Part shown: positions 9,198 through 17,029 of the stretch, in pieces
Position numbering within the stretch: the stretch's first letter is position 1
Layout: each line of letters opens with the position of its first letter
From: Acaryochloris marina MBIC11017
GTDB lineage: Bacteria; Cyanobacteriota; Cyanobacteriia; Thermosynechococcales; Thermosynechococcaceae
DNA: 32,000 nucleotides
Direction of reading: 5' to 3'
Assembly (NCBI RefSeq): GCF_000018105.1
Contig: NC_009925.1
Span: 6,000,001-6,032,000, forward strand
Position numbers and translations under genes: made by a program
The notes under the pieces: model-generated
Seen by the model: only the letters and a program-made list of their open reading frames with translations
Database searches by the model: none
Told to the model about the DNA's origin: nothing

Positions 9198-10943
9198 ATG
9201 GAACGATTTAATTTGCAGGTTTTGGGGCGGTTTTGGAAAATCGCCATTAGCTACTGGAATAGCGAGGAAAAATGGAAAGCACGGGGATTGCTACTACTGG
9301 TGATGGTGCTTTCTCTGGGGTATACCGGCTTAAGCGTACTCCTGAATAATCGCCGGGGGGTGATGATTTCTGCCCTTTCCGCCCAGGATGAAGCTCGGTT
9401 TTGGCAAACCATTATGATTTTCCTGGGGGTGCTGGTGGCTTATGCACCTATTTTTGCAGGTTATACCTATTTACGCGATCGCTTAGGCTTACAGTGGCGA
9501 CGCTGGTTGACGAATCGCTACGTGGATAACTATTTCAGCAATCGCGCCTATTACAATCTCAATAATCTGCATACGGACATCGATAACCCGGACCAGCGAA
9601 TTGCCGAAGATGTGAGAAGTTTTACCCAGGAATCCCTGACCTTTCTGCTGATTATTGTCGATTCCCTATTGGGGATAATTGCCTTTAGCAGCGTTTTGTG
9701 GCAAATCTCCTCTTCCTTGGTGCTGTTCTTAGTGCTCTATGCCGTCCTAGGCACTGTGGTGACGGTGGGGGTATTTGGTAAAGGACTAGTCAGACTCAAT
9801 TTTGCCCAATTGAAAAAGGAAGCCGATTTCCGGTTTAGCCTGGTGCGAATTCGCGAAAACGCGGAATCCATTGCCTTTTATCGGGGGGAGCAACAGGAAG
9901 CGGATCAGGTGAAAGAGCGGTTTATGGAAGCCTTTGATAATTTCAAGAACCTGATTATTTGGCAATTGAATTTGAATGTGTTTTCCAATGCCTATGAGTT
10001 TTTGCCCTTTATCCTCCCTGCCATTGTTGTTGCCCCTGGCATCTTTGCCGGTGAGTTGGAGGTAGGTAAAGTCTCCGAGGCTCAAGGCGCGTTTATTCGC
10101 ATCTTCTTTTCTCTGAATTTGATTGTGGCCCGTTTCCAGGAGTTAACCTCCTTTGGGGCAGGGATTGACCGTCTGTATACCTTTGCTGAAAGTTTGGAAC
10201 AGCCTAACCAGAATGTAACAGAGGAATCAACAGAATCTGATGCTGAGGAGCAAGAGCCTATCAAGCCCACTTTTACCGTAGAAGAAGGAGAAGGCTTATC
10301 TCTAGCTGAACTAACCCTGATGACGCCCAATTATCAGAGGACTTTAATTACCGATCTCTCTATAGCCTTATCAGAGGGAGAAGGGTTATTAGTCAAAGGG
10401 CCAAGTGGATGCGGCAAGAGTTCCTTACTGCGAGCGATGGCAGGGTTATGGAACTCCGGCCAAGGCACTATCCATCGTCCTCAACCTGGGGATATCCTCT
10501 TCCTACCTCAACGACCCTATATGATTGTGGGCAATCTCCGGGATCAGATGATTTATCCCAATATGGAAATTGAGGCCAGTGACGAAGAGCTTAAGGCCAT
10601 TTTGCAACAGATTAATCTACCGGATTTAGATGAACGGTTTGAGGGATTTGATGCGGTAGAAGATTGGTCTTCGGTTTTGTCTTTGGGTGAACAGCAGCGT
10701 CTGACTTTTGCTCGGCTGTTACTAAATAAGCCCCAATATGCCATTCTTGATGAGGCTACGAGTGCTTTGGATTTAAGTAATGAAGCCTCTCTTTATCAGC
10801 AATTACAGCATCTAGAAACCACCTTTTTGAGCGTGGGCCACCGATCAACCCTCACGAATTATCATGAGCGCACTCTGAAATTGGCAGCAGATACCACCTG
10901 GGAATTATCTGAGTCTGAGCAGGTGGAGAATGCGATCGCATAA
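9198..10943 (+). CDS. Fused permease/ATPase ABC transporter, ABCD (SbmA/BacA-like membrane domain) type
   Basis: The N-terminal half has about 6 TM segments. The C-terminal NBD carries Walker A GPSGCGKSSLLRAMAGLW, the signature LSLGEQQRL, and Walker B AILDEATSALD. Confidence 0.85.
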   Translation: MERFNLQVLGRFWKIAISYWNSEEKWKARGLLLLVMVLSLGYTGLSVLLNNRRGVMISALSAQDEARFWQTIMIFLGVLVAYAPIFAGYTYLRDRLGLQWRRWLTNRYVDNYFSNRAYYNLNNLHTDIDNPDQRIAEDVRSFTQESLTFLLIIVDSLLGIIAFSSVLWQISSSLVLFLVLYAVLGTVVTVGVFGKGLVRLNFAQLKKEADFRFSLVRIRENAESIAFYRGEQQEADQVKERFMEAFDNFKNLIIWQLNLNVFSNAYEFLPFILPAIVVAPGIFAGELEVGKVSEAQGAFIRIFFSLNLIVARFQELTSFGAGIDRLYTFAESLEQPNQNVTEESTESDAEEQEPIKPTFTVEEGEGLSLAELTLMTPNYQRTLITDLSIALSEGEGLLVKGPSGCGKSSLLRAMAGLWNSGQGTIHRPQPGDILFLPQRPYMIVGNLRDQMIYPNMEIEASDEELKAILQQINLPDLDERFEGFDAVEDWSSVLSLGEQQRLTFARLLLNKPQYAILDEATSALDLSNEASLYQQLQHLETTFLSVGHRSTLTNYHERTLKLAADTTWELSESEQVENAIA

Positions 10944-10957
10944 CCTGGATTGCTCAG

Positions 10958-11386
10958 GTGCATAAAGGAGAGGCTCAACTTACTCTTCTAAGAAAGGGTT
11001 GCCTCTGTCCATTACACCTACTAAACGTTGAGAGAAGATCATCCAAAGTGGCCGATCAATTAGCTAAATTATTAAATCAGATCATTCCAGATGAAAAAAT
11101 CTTGTCAGACCTCTGGGAAATTGTAGATGATGGAAATAATAAAGTTGAGCTGAATGATACTTGGATTGAAATCCCAAACAAGATCCAGATCGATATTGTG
11201 ACAAAAGCCTACTTTCTAGAGTCGTTTCCCAATATTGGTTTTGGGGTCTATAAAGTTCTTCTAGCCTTAGGTGGATTCAACCAAGACTTGCATGACTTCC
11301 ATTCTGCTGGAATATGCTTCTCAACAATGTTCTACGATGAAGAGATTAAATTGATCTCCATTGATTTTCACAAAGAATTTAGATAA
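10958..11386 (+). CDS. Hypothetical protein (orphan)
   Basis: This is the ORF-track frame only. It starts at a GTG, and an internal GTG (VADQLAKLL...) is an alternative start. The region is AT-rich, and I recognise no motif. Confidence 0.35.
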   Translation: MHKGEAQLTLLRKGCLCPLHLLNVERRSSKVADQLAKLLNQIIPDEKILSDLWEIVDDGNNKVELNDTWIEIPNKIQIDIVTKAYFLESFPNIGFGVYKVLLALGGFNQDLHDFHSAGICFSTMFYDEEIKLISIDFHKEFR

Positions 11387-11418
11387 ATCTTTGAAAATAC
11401 TATGAATTATCCGAACTA

Positions 11419-11844
11419 ATGCTGCTCATTCGTCAAGCAGAACTACAAGATTTAGAAGTAGTCAAATCTTTTTACAATCGTTGCCACTATGGTGGTGGAT
11501 GCCAAGAGGTAGACCTGATTTTGATGGCATATTTAGAAGCGCAGCTTGTAGGTGTGGTCCGGCTTTGTCCAGAACATCAAGTGATTGTTCTACGAGGAAT
11601 GCAGGTATTAAAGCCTTTCCAGAGACAAAGGGTTGGTTAACAGCTCCTTCAAGAATGTATTGAGCGTCTTAGCAGTCAAATCTGTTACTGCATCCCTTGG
11701 ACACATCTAGTGGAATTTTATCGACAGGGTGGATTTGACATAGCCCTATTGGATGAGATGCCAAATTTTCTCCGCAAGCGATTTGAGGGGTATCGAAAGC
11801 AGAAGATGGAAGTCAGCATTATGCGGAGATTACCAATCAACTGA
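11419..11844 (+). pseudogene. GNAT-family N-acetyltransferase interrupted by an in-frame TAA at 11638..11640
   Basis: The frame from the ATG at 11419 reads ...LRGMQVLKPFQRQRVG-TAA-QLLQECIERLSSQICYCIPWTHLVEFYRQGGFDIALLDEMPNFLRKRFEGYRKQKMEVSIMRRLPIN and stops at 11842..11844. The TAA falls inside the acetyl-CoA-binding motif A (R/Q-x-x-G-x-G/A followed by xLL). Both halves stay in the same frame. Confidence 0.7.
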
Positions 11845-11901
11845 CAATCTAAATTGGAAAATAAATGATTAAGGTAAACATCAGCACAATTAAAGTCAAA
11901 A

Positions 11902-12204
11902 ATGATCACCCCTACAAGTGAAATAAATAAACGCTTCCCAAGCGGTACAAAGGTAAGAGTTATTGTTCGTAGTCACGTTCGTTTTGGCTATTTTGTAGAT
12001 ATACCGGGAATTGAAATCCGTGGACTTTTTGAAACTGTAGGATATGAGCCTTCGGAAAAGCCAAATTTAGAAATTGGCTCCACCATTGAGGCGGTCATAC
12101 AACAATTCAGGGACTCTAAAGAGCCATTAAAAAGGCAATTTCGCCTAACAGTTCATCCTGCAGTCCTTGCAAATCCTTCTCTAATTAAGCTGTTGCAGGA
12201 TTAA
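11902..12204 (+). CDS. Small hypothetical protein with an S1/OB-like RNA-binding pattern
   Basis: GTKVRVIVRSHVRFGYFVDIPGIEIRGLFE ... IGSTIEAVIQQF ... RQFRLTV resembles the S1 motif pattern (G..V.G.V..v..fG.FVdi.g..Gl). The call rests on pattern only. Confidence 0.45.
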   Translation: MITPTSEINKRFPSGTKVRVIVRSHVRFGYFVDIPGIEIRGLFETVGYEPSEKPNLEIGSTIEAVIQQFRDSKEPLKRQFRLTVHPAVLANPSLIKLLQD

Positions 12205-12324
12205 TGCGCTTTTCTCGCTATTGCAAATTATAAATCAACCTCGCTGTTCATGTAGTTTTCATTGCCCGCTATGTTGGAAATATAGTAGTATTGCTTGGCA
12301 ATAGTAACGCTTCGCAGTACTATT

Positions 12325-12609
12325 ATGATAGTAAGGTTTAGCTCCAAAGAAACGAAGCTTATCTTCTATGGCTACACATCTCGTGTATATCCACCTGATA
12401 TCCAAAAGATTGCGTTACGCAAACTCCTCATACTTGATGCCGCGGCATCAGTGGATGATTTGCGTATTCCTCCAGGAAATCGATTAGAGAAGCTAGCGGG
12501 AGATCGTAAAGGACAATACAGCATCCGTATCAATAGCCAATGGCGAATCTGCTTTACCTGGACAGCAGAAAATAATGCCGATCAAGTTGAAATCGTTGAT
12601 TACCATTGA
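12325..12609 (+). CDS. higB: HigB-type (RelE-fold) type II toxin
   Basis: MIVRFSSKETKLIF...DIQKIALRKLLILDAAASVDDLRIPPGNRLEKLAGDRKGQYSIRINSQWRICFTW...VEIVDYH is the canonical HigB 'plasmid maintenance system killer' pattern. I chose the ATG at 12325 over the TTG at 12295. The toxin precedes the antitoxin, as in higBA loci. Confidence 0.85.
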   Translation: MIVRFSSKETKLIFYGYTSRVYPPDIQKIALRKLLILDAAASVDDLRIPPGNRLEKLAGDRKGQYSIRINSQWRICFTWTAENNADQVEIVDYH

Positions 12610-12616
12610 GAAGAAT

Positions 12617-12928
12617 ATGGAAAACGGTCGTCTGCCAATTATTCACCCTGGAGAAATCTTAAAACTAGAGTTTCTTGAGCCGCTGGATCTCACGCCATAT
12701 CGTTTAAGTAAGGATATTGGTGTTGCTCAAACCAGAATTAGCGAAATATTGTCTGGGAAGCGTAGTATTACTGCTGATACAGCCCTTCGTCTATCTCAGT
12801 ATTTTGGCAACAGCGCTCAATTCTGGTTGAACTTACAGACACAATATGATTTACGCCAAGCTCAGGAAGCCAATAGAGGTGTATACAGCCAAATTCCAAC
12901 CATACAACTTGCTCACCTGTCATCCTAA
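12617..12928 (+). CDS. higA: HigA-family antitoxin (XRE-type HTH)
   Basis: IHPGEILKLEFLEPLDLTPYRLSKDIGVAQTRISEILSGKRSITADTALRLSQYFGNSAQFWLNLQTQYDL is the canonical HigA pattern. The ATG at 12617 lies 8 nt after the higB stop. Confidence 0.9.
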   Translation: MENGRLPIIHPGEILKLEFLEPLDLTPYRLSKDIGVAQTRISEILSGKRSITADTALRLSQYFGNSAQFWLNLQTQYDLRQAQEANRGVYSQIPTIQLAHLSS

Positions 12929-13004
12929 ACAACGTAAGGACACTAAGCTAATTTGTTAAGATTCAGATCTTTCCGTAGAGGGTCTATCAATCGCTGCTGG
13001 CCAA

Positions 13005-13520
13005 TTACTGAATACTGACGGCATTCTCAAAATAGGGACTTAGCAAGCTTTCAACCTCTTCTTCAGGCCGATGTCCAAACCAGCTAGATAAGACATTGCG
13101 ATCTTGATCAAAGAGAACCCAACTTGGGGTTCCTGGCAGAAAATTGAGATGGAAGATTTCACGATCAAATGCGATCGCAAACTTTAACGGTATCGCGTAT
13201 CGTTCAATCTGCTTTTGCTGAAAATACTGTTGGGTCACCCCTACCATCTCACCAGACTGCAAGAGCTTCAGGGTATTTGCCACCGTGTTCAGTTCAAAGT
13301 CTTCAAAGGTCGTCGATAAACCTAGGATGTTGATGCGATCGCAATACTTCTCATGAAGTTTGGCTGCCAGCGGTAATGCATAAATAAAACAGCCTGGACA
13401 ATTCACTTGAAAGATCAATATGAGATTGAGTGGCTGAAGGGTAAAGTCTCCCTGAAGAACCTGCTCAGTCCGAAGATGAAATTTGGTCATATTGCAACGC
13501 CTCAATGTGGACAATTCCAT
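13005..13520 (-). CDS. Thioredoxin-fold protein (TlpA/redoxin-like) with a CPGC active-site motif
   Basis: The CxxC is embedded in LILIFQVNCPGCFIYALP, and a later PGTPSWVLFD resembles the cis-Pro loop region. The start could instead be the ATG at 13490 (MTKFHL...). Confidence 0.6.
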   Translation of the reverse strand: MELSTLRRCNMTKFHLRTEQVLQGDFTLQPLNLILIFQVNCPGCFIYALPLAAKLHEKYCDRINILGLSTTFEDFELNTVANTLKLLQSGEMVGVTQQYFQQKQIERYAIPLKFAIAFDREIFHLNFLPGTPSWVLFDQDRNVLSSWFGHRPEEEVESLLSPYFENAVSIQ

Positions 13521-13577
13521 AAAGCTAGATTCGCTTTCAATTCACTCTAGTGCAGAGATCTGTAAATAGTTCATCAG

Positions 13578-14273
13578 CTATAGTCGAGGTTGGAATCCCT
13601 TAAATTGCCATTGGAAAGGTTTGGCCATCGTGTGATTGAAATACTCAATAAATTCGAGGATGCGCTGTTGCAAATCATCCTTGGAGGTGAAATTGCCTCG
13701 ACGAATCAATCGACGCACCAAAATACTAAACCAGCATTCAATCTGATTGAGCCAGGAGGTATGTTTGGGGATATAAACAAATCGGATCCGATGGCTGGGG
13801 TCGCTCAAGAAAGCTGTGCGAGTCTCCATCGATTTGAGAATACCGGATTGACCTTTAACACCTAACTCTGAATCCATACCGCAACAAGCAGCAACCCATC
13901 GCACCAAGGAAGCAGAGCGATGGGTATTGAGTTGGTCGAGTAGAAAAATCCATCCATCGTCCGGTGCTGTTTCAACGGTATTGGCAATATGATTGGCAAA
14001 GTCAAACTCTTTTCGAGTGGGTCCGATAGAAGGCGCAATCACCTTTCCCAGAGCCACGTGCCAGTTGGCAATCAAACTGAGGGTACCGTGCCGTTTATAT
14101 TCAAATTCCAAGCGACGTGGTTGCCCTGGTTTCATGGCTTGGTCTAGGTATAGTCGTTCAAGCGCTTGAATGCCCGTCATTTCATCCGTACTGACAAGGT
14201 GAATCTGTTGAGCTGCCAATTCAGCTGCTGAGTCATACAGTTGACAAATCTGACGCACTTTCGCCTCGAACAC
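13578..14273 (-). CDS. IS630-family transposase, DDE catalytic part (orfB, +1 frame relative to orfA)
   Basis: DDE_3-like motifs include HLVSTDEMTGIQ, WIFLLDQLNTHRS and YIPKHTSWLNQIECWFSIL. This frame is actually open upstream to 14351 and there encodes GEAQLQPHRSRYWLNANPEDPEV, continuous with orfA after a +1 shift. Confidence 0.8.
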   Translation of the reverse strand: MFEAKVRQICQLYDSAAELAAQQIHLVSTDEMTGIQALERLYLDQAMKPGQPRRLEFEYKRHGTLSLIANWHVALGKVIAPSIGPTRKEFDFANHIANTVETAPDDGWIFLLDQLNTHRSASLVRWVAACCGMDSELGVKGQSGILKSMETRTAFLSDPSHRIRFVYIPKHTSWLNQIECWFSILVRRLIRRGNFTSKDDLQQRILEFIEYFNHTMAKPFQWQFKGFQPRL

Positions 14274-14289
14274 CTCTGGGTCCTCAGGG

Positions 14290-14826
14290 TTAGCATTGAG
14301 CCAATAGCGACTCCGATGGGGCTGCAGCTGAGCCTCTCCCCAAAAAACGTCTCACACTGCTGGCCGACAGGTGAGGGACGATGCCGCGTTTAATCGCTTC
14401 ATCAGCAATCTCTTCAGGTGTCCATTGACTCACAGGTCGGGCTGAGTCCTGGGGAGATTCACAGGCAATAGCCACAATTTGGATCACCTGCTCTGGGGTA
14501 AAGGTGGGTGGGACACCTGGACGCGGGGCATCTGTTAAAGCCTCCAACACTTGCTGGTGCAATTCTGTTTCGCTGTCGTCTACCTGCTCACAAAGGGCAA
14601 GACGCTCTTGATTATCAAGCCAGCGCTGACGCCAATAGCGAACTTGGTTGCGGTCGAGTTGCCATTGACGGCTAATCTGGGTGTTACTTTCGCCTGAGGC
14701 GGCTGATAGGATGATGCTTGCTCGACGTACCAAGCGATAAGGATTGGTGGTTTGTCGCACGATTTGGGTCAAACAATGGTGTTGTTGCTGCGATAGTTCG
14801 ATTGGAGAAGCTTTGGGAGTTGGCAT
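14290..14826 (-). CDS. IS630-family transposase, N-terminal HTH part (orfA)
   Basis: The 178-aa product has HTH-like segments. Homology-like sequence ends at ...SVRRFLG. The following 15 codons (RGSAAAPSESLLAQC) are the out-of-frame reading of the conserved EAQLQPHRSRYWLN segment. Confidence 0.8.
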   Translation of the reverse strand: MPTPKASPIELSQQQHHCLTQIVRQTTNPYRLVRRASIILSAASGESNTQISRQWQLDRNQVRYWRQRWLDNQERLALCEQVDDSETELHQQVLEALTDAPRPGVPPTFTPEQVIQIVAIACESPQDSARPVSQWTPEEIADEAIKRGIVPHLSASSVRRFLGRGSAAAPSESLLAQC

Positions 14827-15014
14827 TGGCAGAAATCATATCTTGTGAAGAGGGTTTCTCTGACACTATCCGATTGATGACCAATCTTGTATAACTGCCG
14901 GATTATCTTCAAAATCTAGGACTAGGGGGCTTTCTAAAGTCGGTGTAACCCTCACCAATCCCGAAGATTCCCCCGGTATTGGCATCTACTCACACCCGTA
15001 AACAGTTGGTTTGC

Positions 15015-15050
15015 CTAGCAGCATCTTCAGAATTTCGAACATGCTGCTAG
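15015..15050 (-). terminator. Candidate hairpin downstream of the small CPVC gene
   Basis: A perfect 10-bp inverted repeat, CTAGCAGCAT (15015..15024) and ATGCTGCTAG (15041..15050), with a 16-nt loop, lies 9 nt past the stop of 15059..15298. No clear U-tract follows, so the call is weak. Confidence 0.35.
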
Positions 15051-15058
15051 AGAGACAC

Positions 15059-15298
15059 TTACTTCAAATCCGACAAATTAGCTCCGAAATTGATGTGAAA
15101 CGGTACACCTTCTAGCACCAAAGCTGGCACAGACTTTACCCCCACTGATTCAGCCTCAGAAATGCGAGATGATTGGCTTCCCAGATGGACAATTTCTACT
15201 TCGTAGCGAGACGTATCAATTGCCTGGGCTAGATTAGCCTCCGCTGCTACACAGACTGGACAACCGGCATGGTAAAAAATGGCTTTCTTACTCATCAT
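15059..15298 (-). CDS. Small thioredoxin/glutaredoxin-fold protein with a CPVC motif
   Basis: The 79-aa product has the N-terminal beta-strand plus CxxC arrangement (AIFYHAGCPVCVAAE) and a later VPALVLEG (cis-Pro-like). This is typical of single-domain Grx/Trx-like proteins. Confidence 0.7.
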   Translation of the reverse strand: MMSKKAIFYHAGCPVCVAAEANLAQAIDTSRYEVEIVHLGSQSSRISEAESVGVKSVPALVLEGVPFHINFGANLSDLK

Positions 15299-15375
15299 TT
15301 CCTCCTAGATTGGGAATGTTTGGTGATGTGTTTATGCTCCTAACCTAAGCGGATTAAGCTATCTAGAACAGAGGG

Positions 15376-15406
15376 CACTTTTTGGTGGGGTAGGTACTTT
15401 TTGGTG
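15376..15406. promoter_or_regulatory. Tandem direct repeat in the divergent promoter region (candidate operator)
   Basis: CACTTTTTGGTG (15376..15387) and TACTTTTTGGTG (15395..15406) match at 11 of 12 positions, 19 nt start to start. They lie between the divergent CPVC gene and the hxlR-type gene. Confidence 0.3.
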
Positions 15407-15445
15407 TAATTTGGCGAAATATCGAGAGGATTATTTTGTAAATAA

Positions 15446-15766
15446 ATGCAAAGTAACTATCAAAAGCTCGAGGATGTTATCGGATGCAAATGGTCCGTTT
15501 CTGTCCTAATTGCTATTGGGGATGGGGTTATTAGGCCCAGTGCTCTGGAAAGACATATTGAGGGTATTTCTAGAAAAGTCCTTACAGAGCGACTGCGGAA
15601 GTTAACGGCCTATGGACTCCTAGAGAAGCAAACTTTTCCTGAGGTCCCTCCGCGTACAGAGTACGCCTTGACCGCAACTGGCAAGAAACTCATTAAAATC
15701 ATTCAACAGATTCACTCTCTCGACTCAGAACTGGACGCAGAAAGTCGTAATGATGGTGAGTACTGA
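15446..15766 (+). CDS. HxlR-family winged-helix transcriptional regulator
   Basis: VIGCKWSVSVLIAIGDGVIRPSALERHIEGISRKVLTERLRKLTAYGLLEKQTFPEVPPRTEYALTATGKKL matches the HxlR pattern (G.KW...IL..L..G..RF.EL...I.GIS...L...L..L...GL..R......PP.VEY.LT..G). Confidence 0.85.
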   Translation: MQSNYQKLEDVIGCKWSVSVLIAIGDGVIRPSALERHIEGISRKVLTERLRKLTAYGLLEKQTFPEVPPRTEYALTATGKKLIKIIQQIHSLDSELDAESRNDGEY

Positions 15767-16851
15767 ATATTTTCCCTAACATGCACTGAACTAGAAGTGC
15801 GTAAGCGAGCCATTGAGGTACCTGTACGGTCACTGAAACGCCGATGATTCAGAGATATTGATGCGCGGGAGCTAGAGTGAAGGATGCGGGGTGCGATCGC
15901 ACAATAATACCCCCAACGAATCATTATGGGTCGCTGTCCCTAACCCTTTTAACAACTCGTTCTCAGACGCTTGCTCAAATCTTAGTGAGAAATTATCAAG
16001 TCTTTAAAGTTCCCTTTATGCAGGTAGGCTATCACTGTAAGAGTCTCTGTAAGTGCCCGTTGATAGCTCGGTAAAGACTACAAAATACTCTTTTCAAAAC
16101 TGAAAATTGAATCTTGGTATGAACTCATCTCACTAAAGGTATGGAGCCTCTATTTAGATGGTCCTCTCGTCTTCTAGGTCAAAATTTTCTGTACTGACCC
16201 AGGCTGATAATCTTGAGAATTATACGATGATTGTCGAATTACCAAAACTCACCGTTCTATACCGATTTGATTTGGAAAAATTTATTCCTATCGTCCCTCA
16301 TCTGAGAGAGTGGGATATCTTCAATGTACTGGCATTTAGGATGGATAACTGCCACATTAGCCTGCAACGATGTTGTGGAAGGGCGGATGTAGAGATTGAG
16401 GTGTTTTGCCGCAATCTTGCGGGTGATTCAAGCCAATCAATGGGTTGCTATCCTAATTCTCAAATTAGGCTCTATCAAATCAGAGCACTAAATAATAATA
16501 AAGACTCTATCCTCTAGCCCACTCTACTTCTCGCTCAAGGTAGTACAGCGCAATAGGTGTCCAATAAGGTGAGGATGCCGAATATGCTTGAGTTTGTGAG
16601 GCTGTTGATTGAGCTTGATTCTCCAGATCTGAGGAATCTTTAATAACTGGAATCTGAGTGCAAATATGGTCTGGCATAACAACCTTCACTAGTAATATTG
16701 ATATTTCTTGAAAAGTTTGCAGTAGCAAGAGGATAAATCAGTTAACAGAGCTGATAATCTACCAAAATGCTGTCGCAACAGATGATAGTTTCTGTCGCTA
16801 TTATGGGTGGAGTGATAAGGCTTGACTGTGATTAACGTCAGTCAGGATAGT

Positions 16852-16865
16852 GATTAACGTTAATC
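16852..16865. repeat. Perfect 14-bp palindrome GATTAACGTTAATC within a cluster of repeats
   Basis: GATTAACGTTAATC is its own reverse complement. GTGATTAACGT occurs twice (16828..16838 and 16850..16860). ACGTCAGTCAGGATA (16835..16849) recurs as ACGGTCAGTTAGGATTA (16924..16940). Confidence 0.6.
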
Positions 16866-16953
16866 GCTAATCATCTGAATTAATTATTAAATGGTTCTCA
16901 TCCTGAAATCTGTTAAATAGAATACGGTCAGTTAGGATTAAACGATAAAATAT

Positions 16954-16998
16954 GCCCCTTATTCATCTTTTTTGGGTAATAGACGATGAATAAGGGGC
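16954..16998 (-). terminator. Probable intrinsic terminator of gcvP
   Basis: A perfect 14-bp inverted repeat, GCCCCTTATTCATC (16954..16967) and GATGAATAAGGGGC (16985..16998), with a 17-nt loop, lies about 30 nt past the gcvP stop. On the minus strand it is followed by ATATTTTAT. Confidence 0.6.
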
Positions 16999-17029
16999 AA
17001 AAGGGAATTTCAGGGAATATAGCTTCCTG

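Larger units (their letters stand above)
13550..14866 (-). mobile_element. IS630-family insertion sequence (ends tentative)
   Basis: It contains a two-part IS630/DDE_3-type transposase. The short imperfect terminal inverted repeats are GTGCAGAGA (13550..13558) and, in reverse complement, GTGTCAGAGA (14857..14866). Each is flanked by TA (13548..13549 and 14867..14868), which fits the TA target duplication of IS630/Tc1-mariner elements. The IRs are short, so the boundaries are uncertain. Confidence 0.6.
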
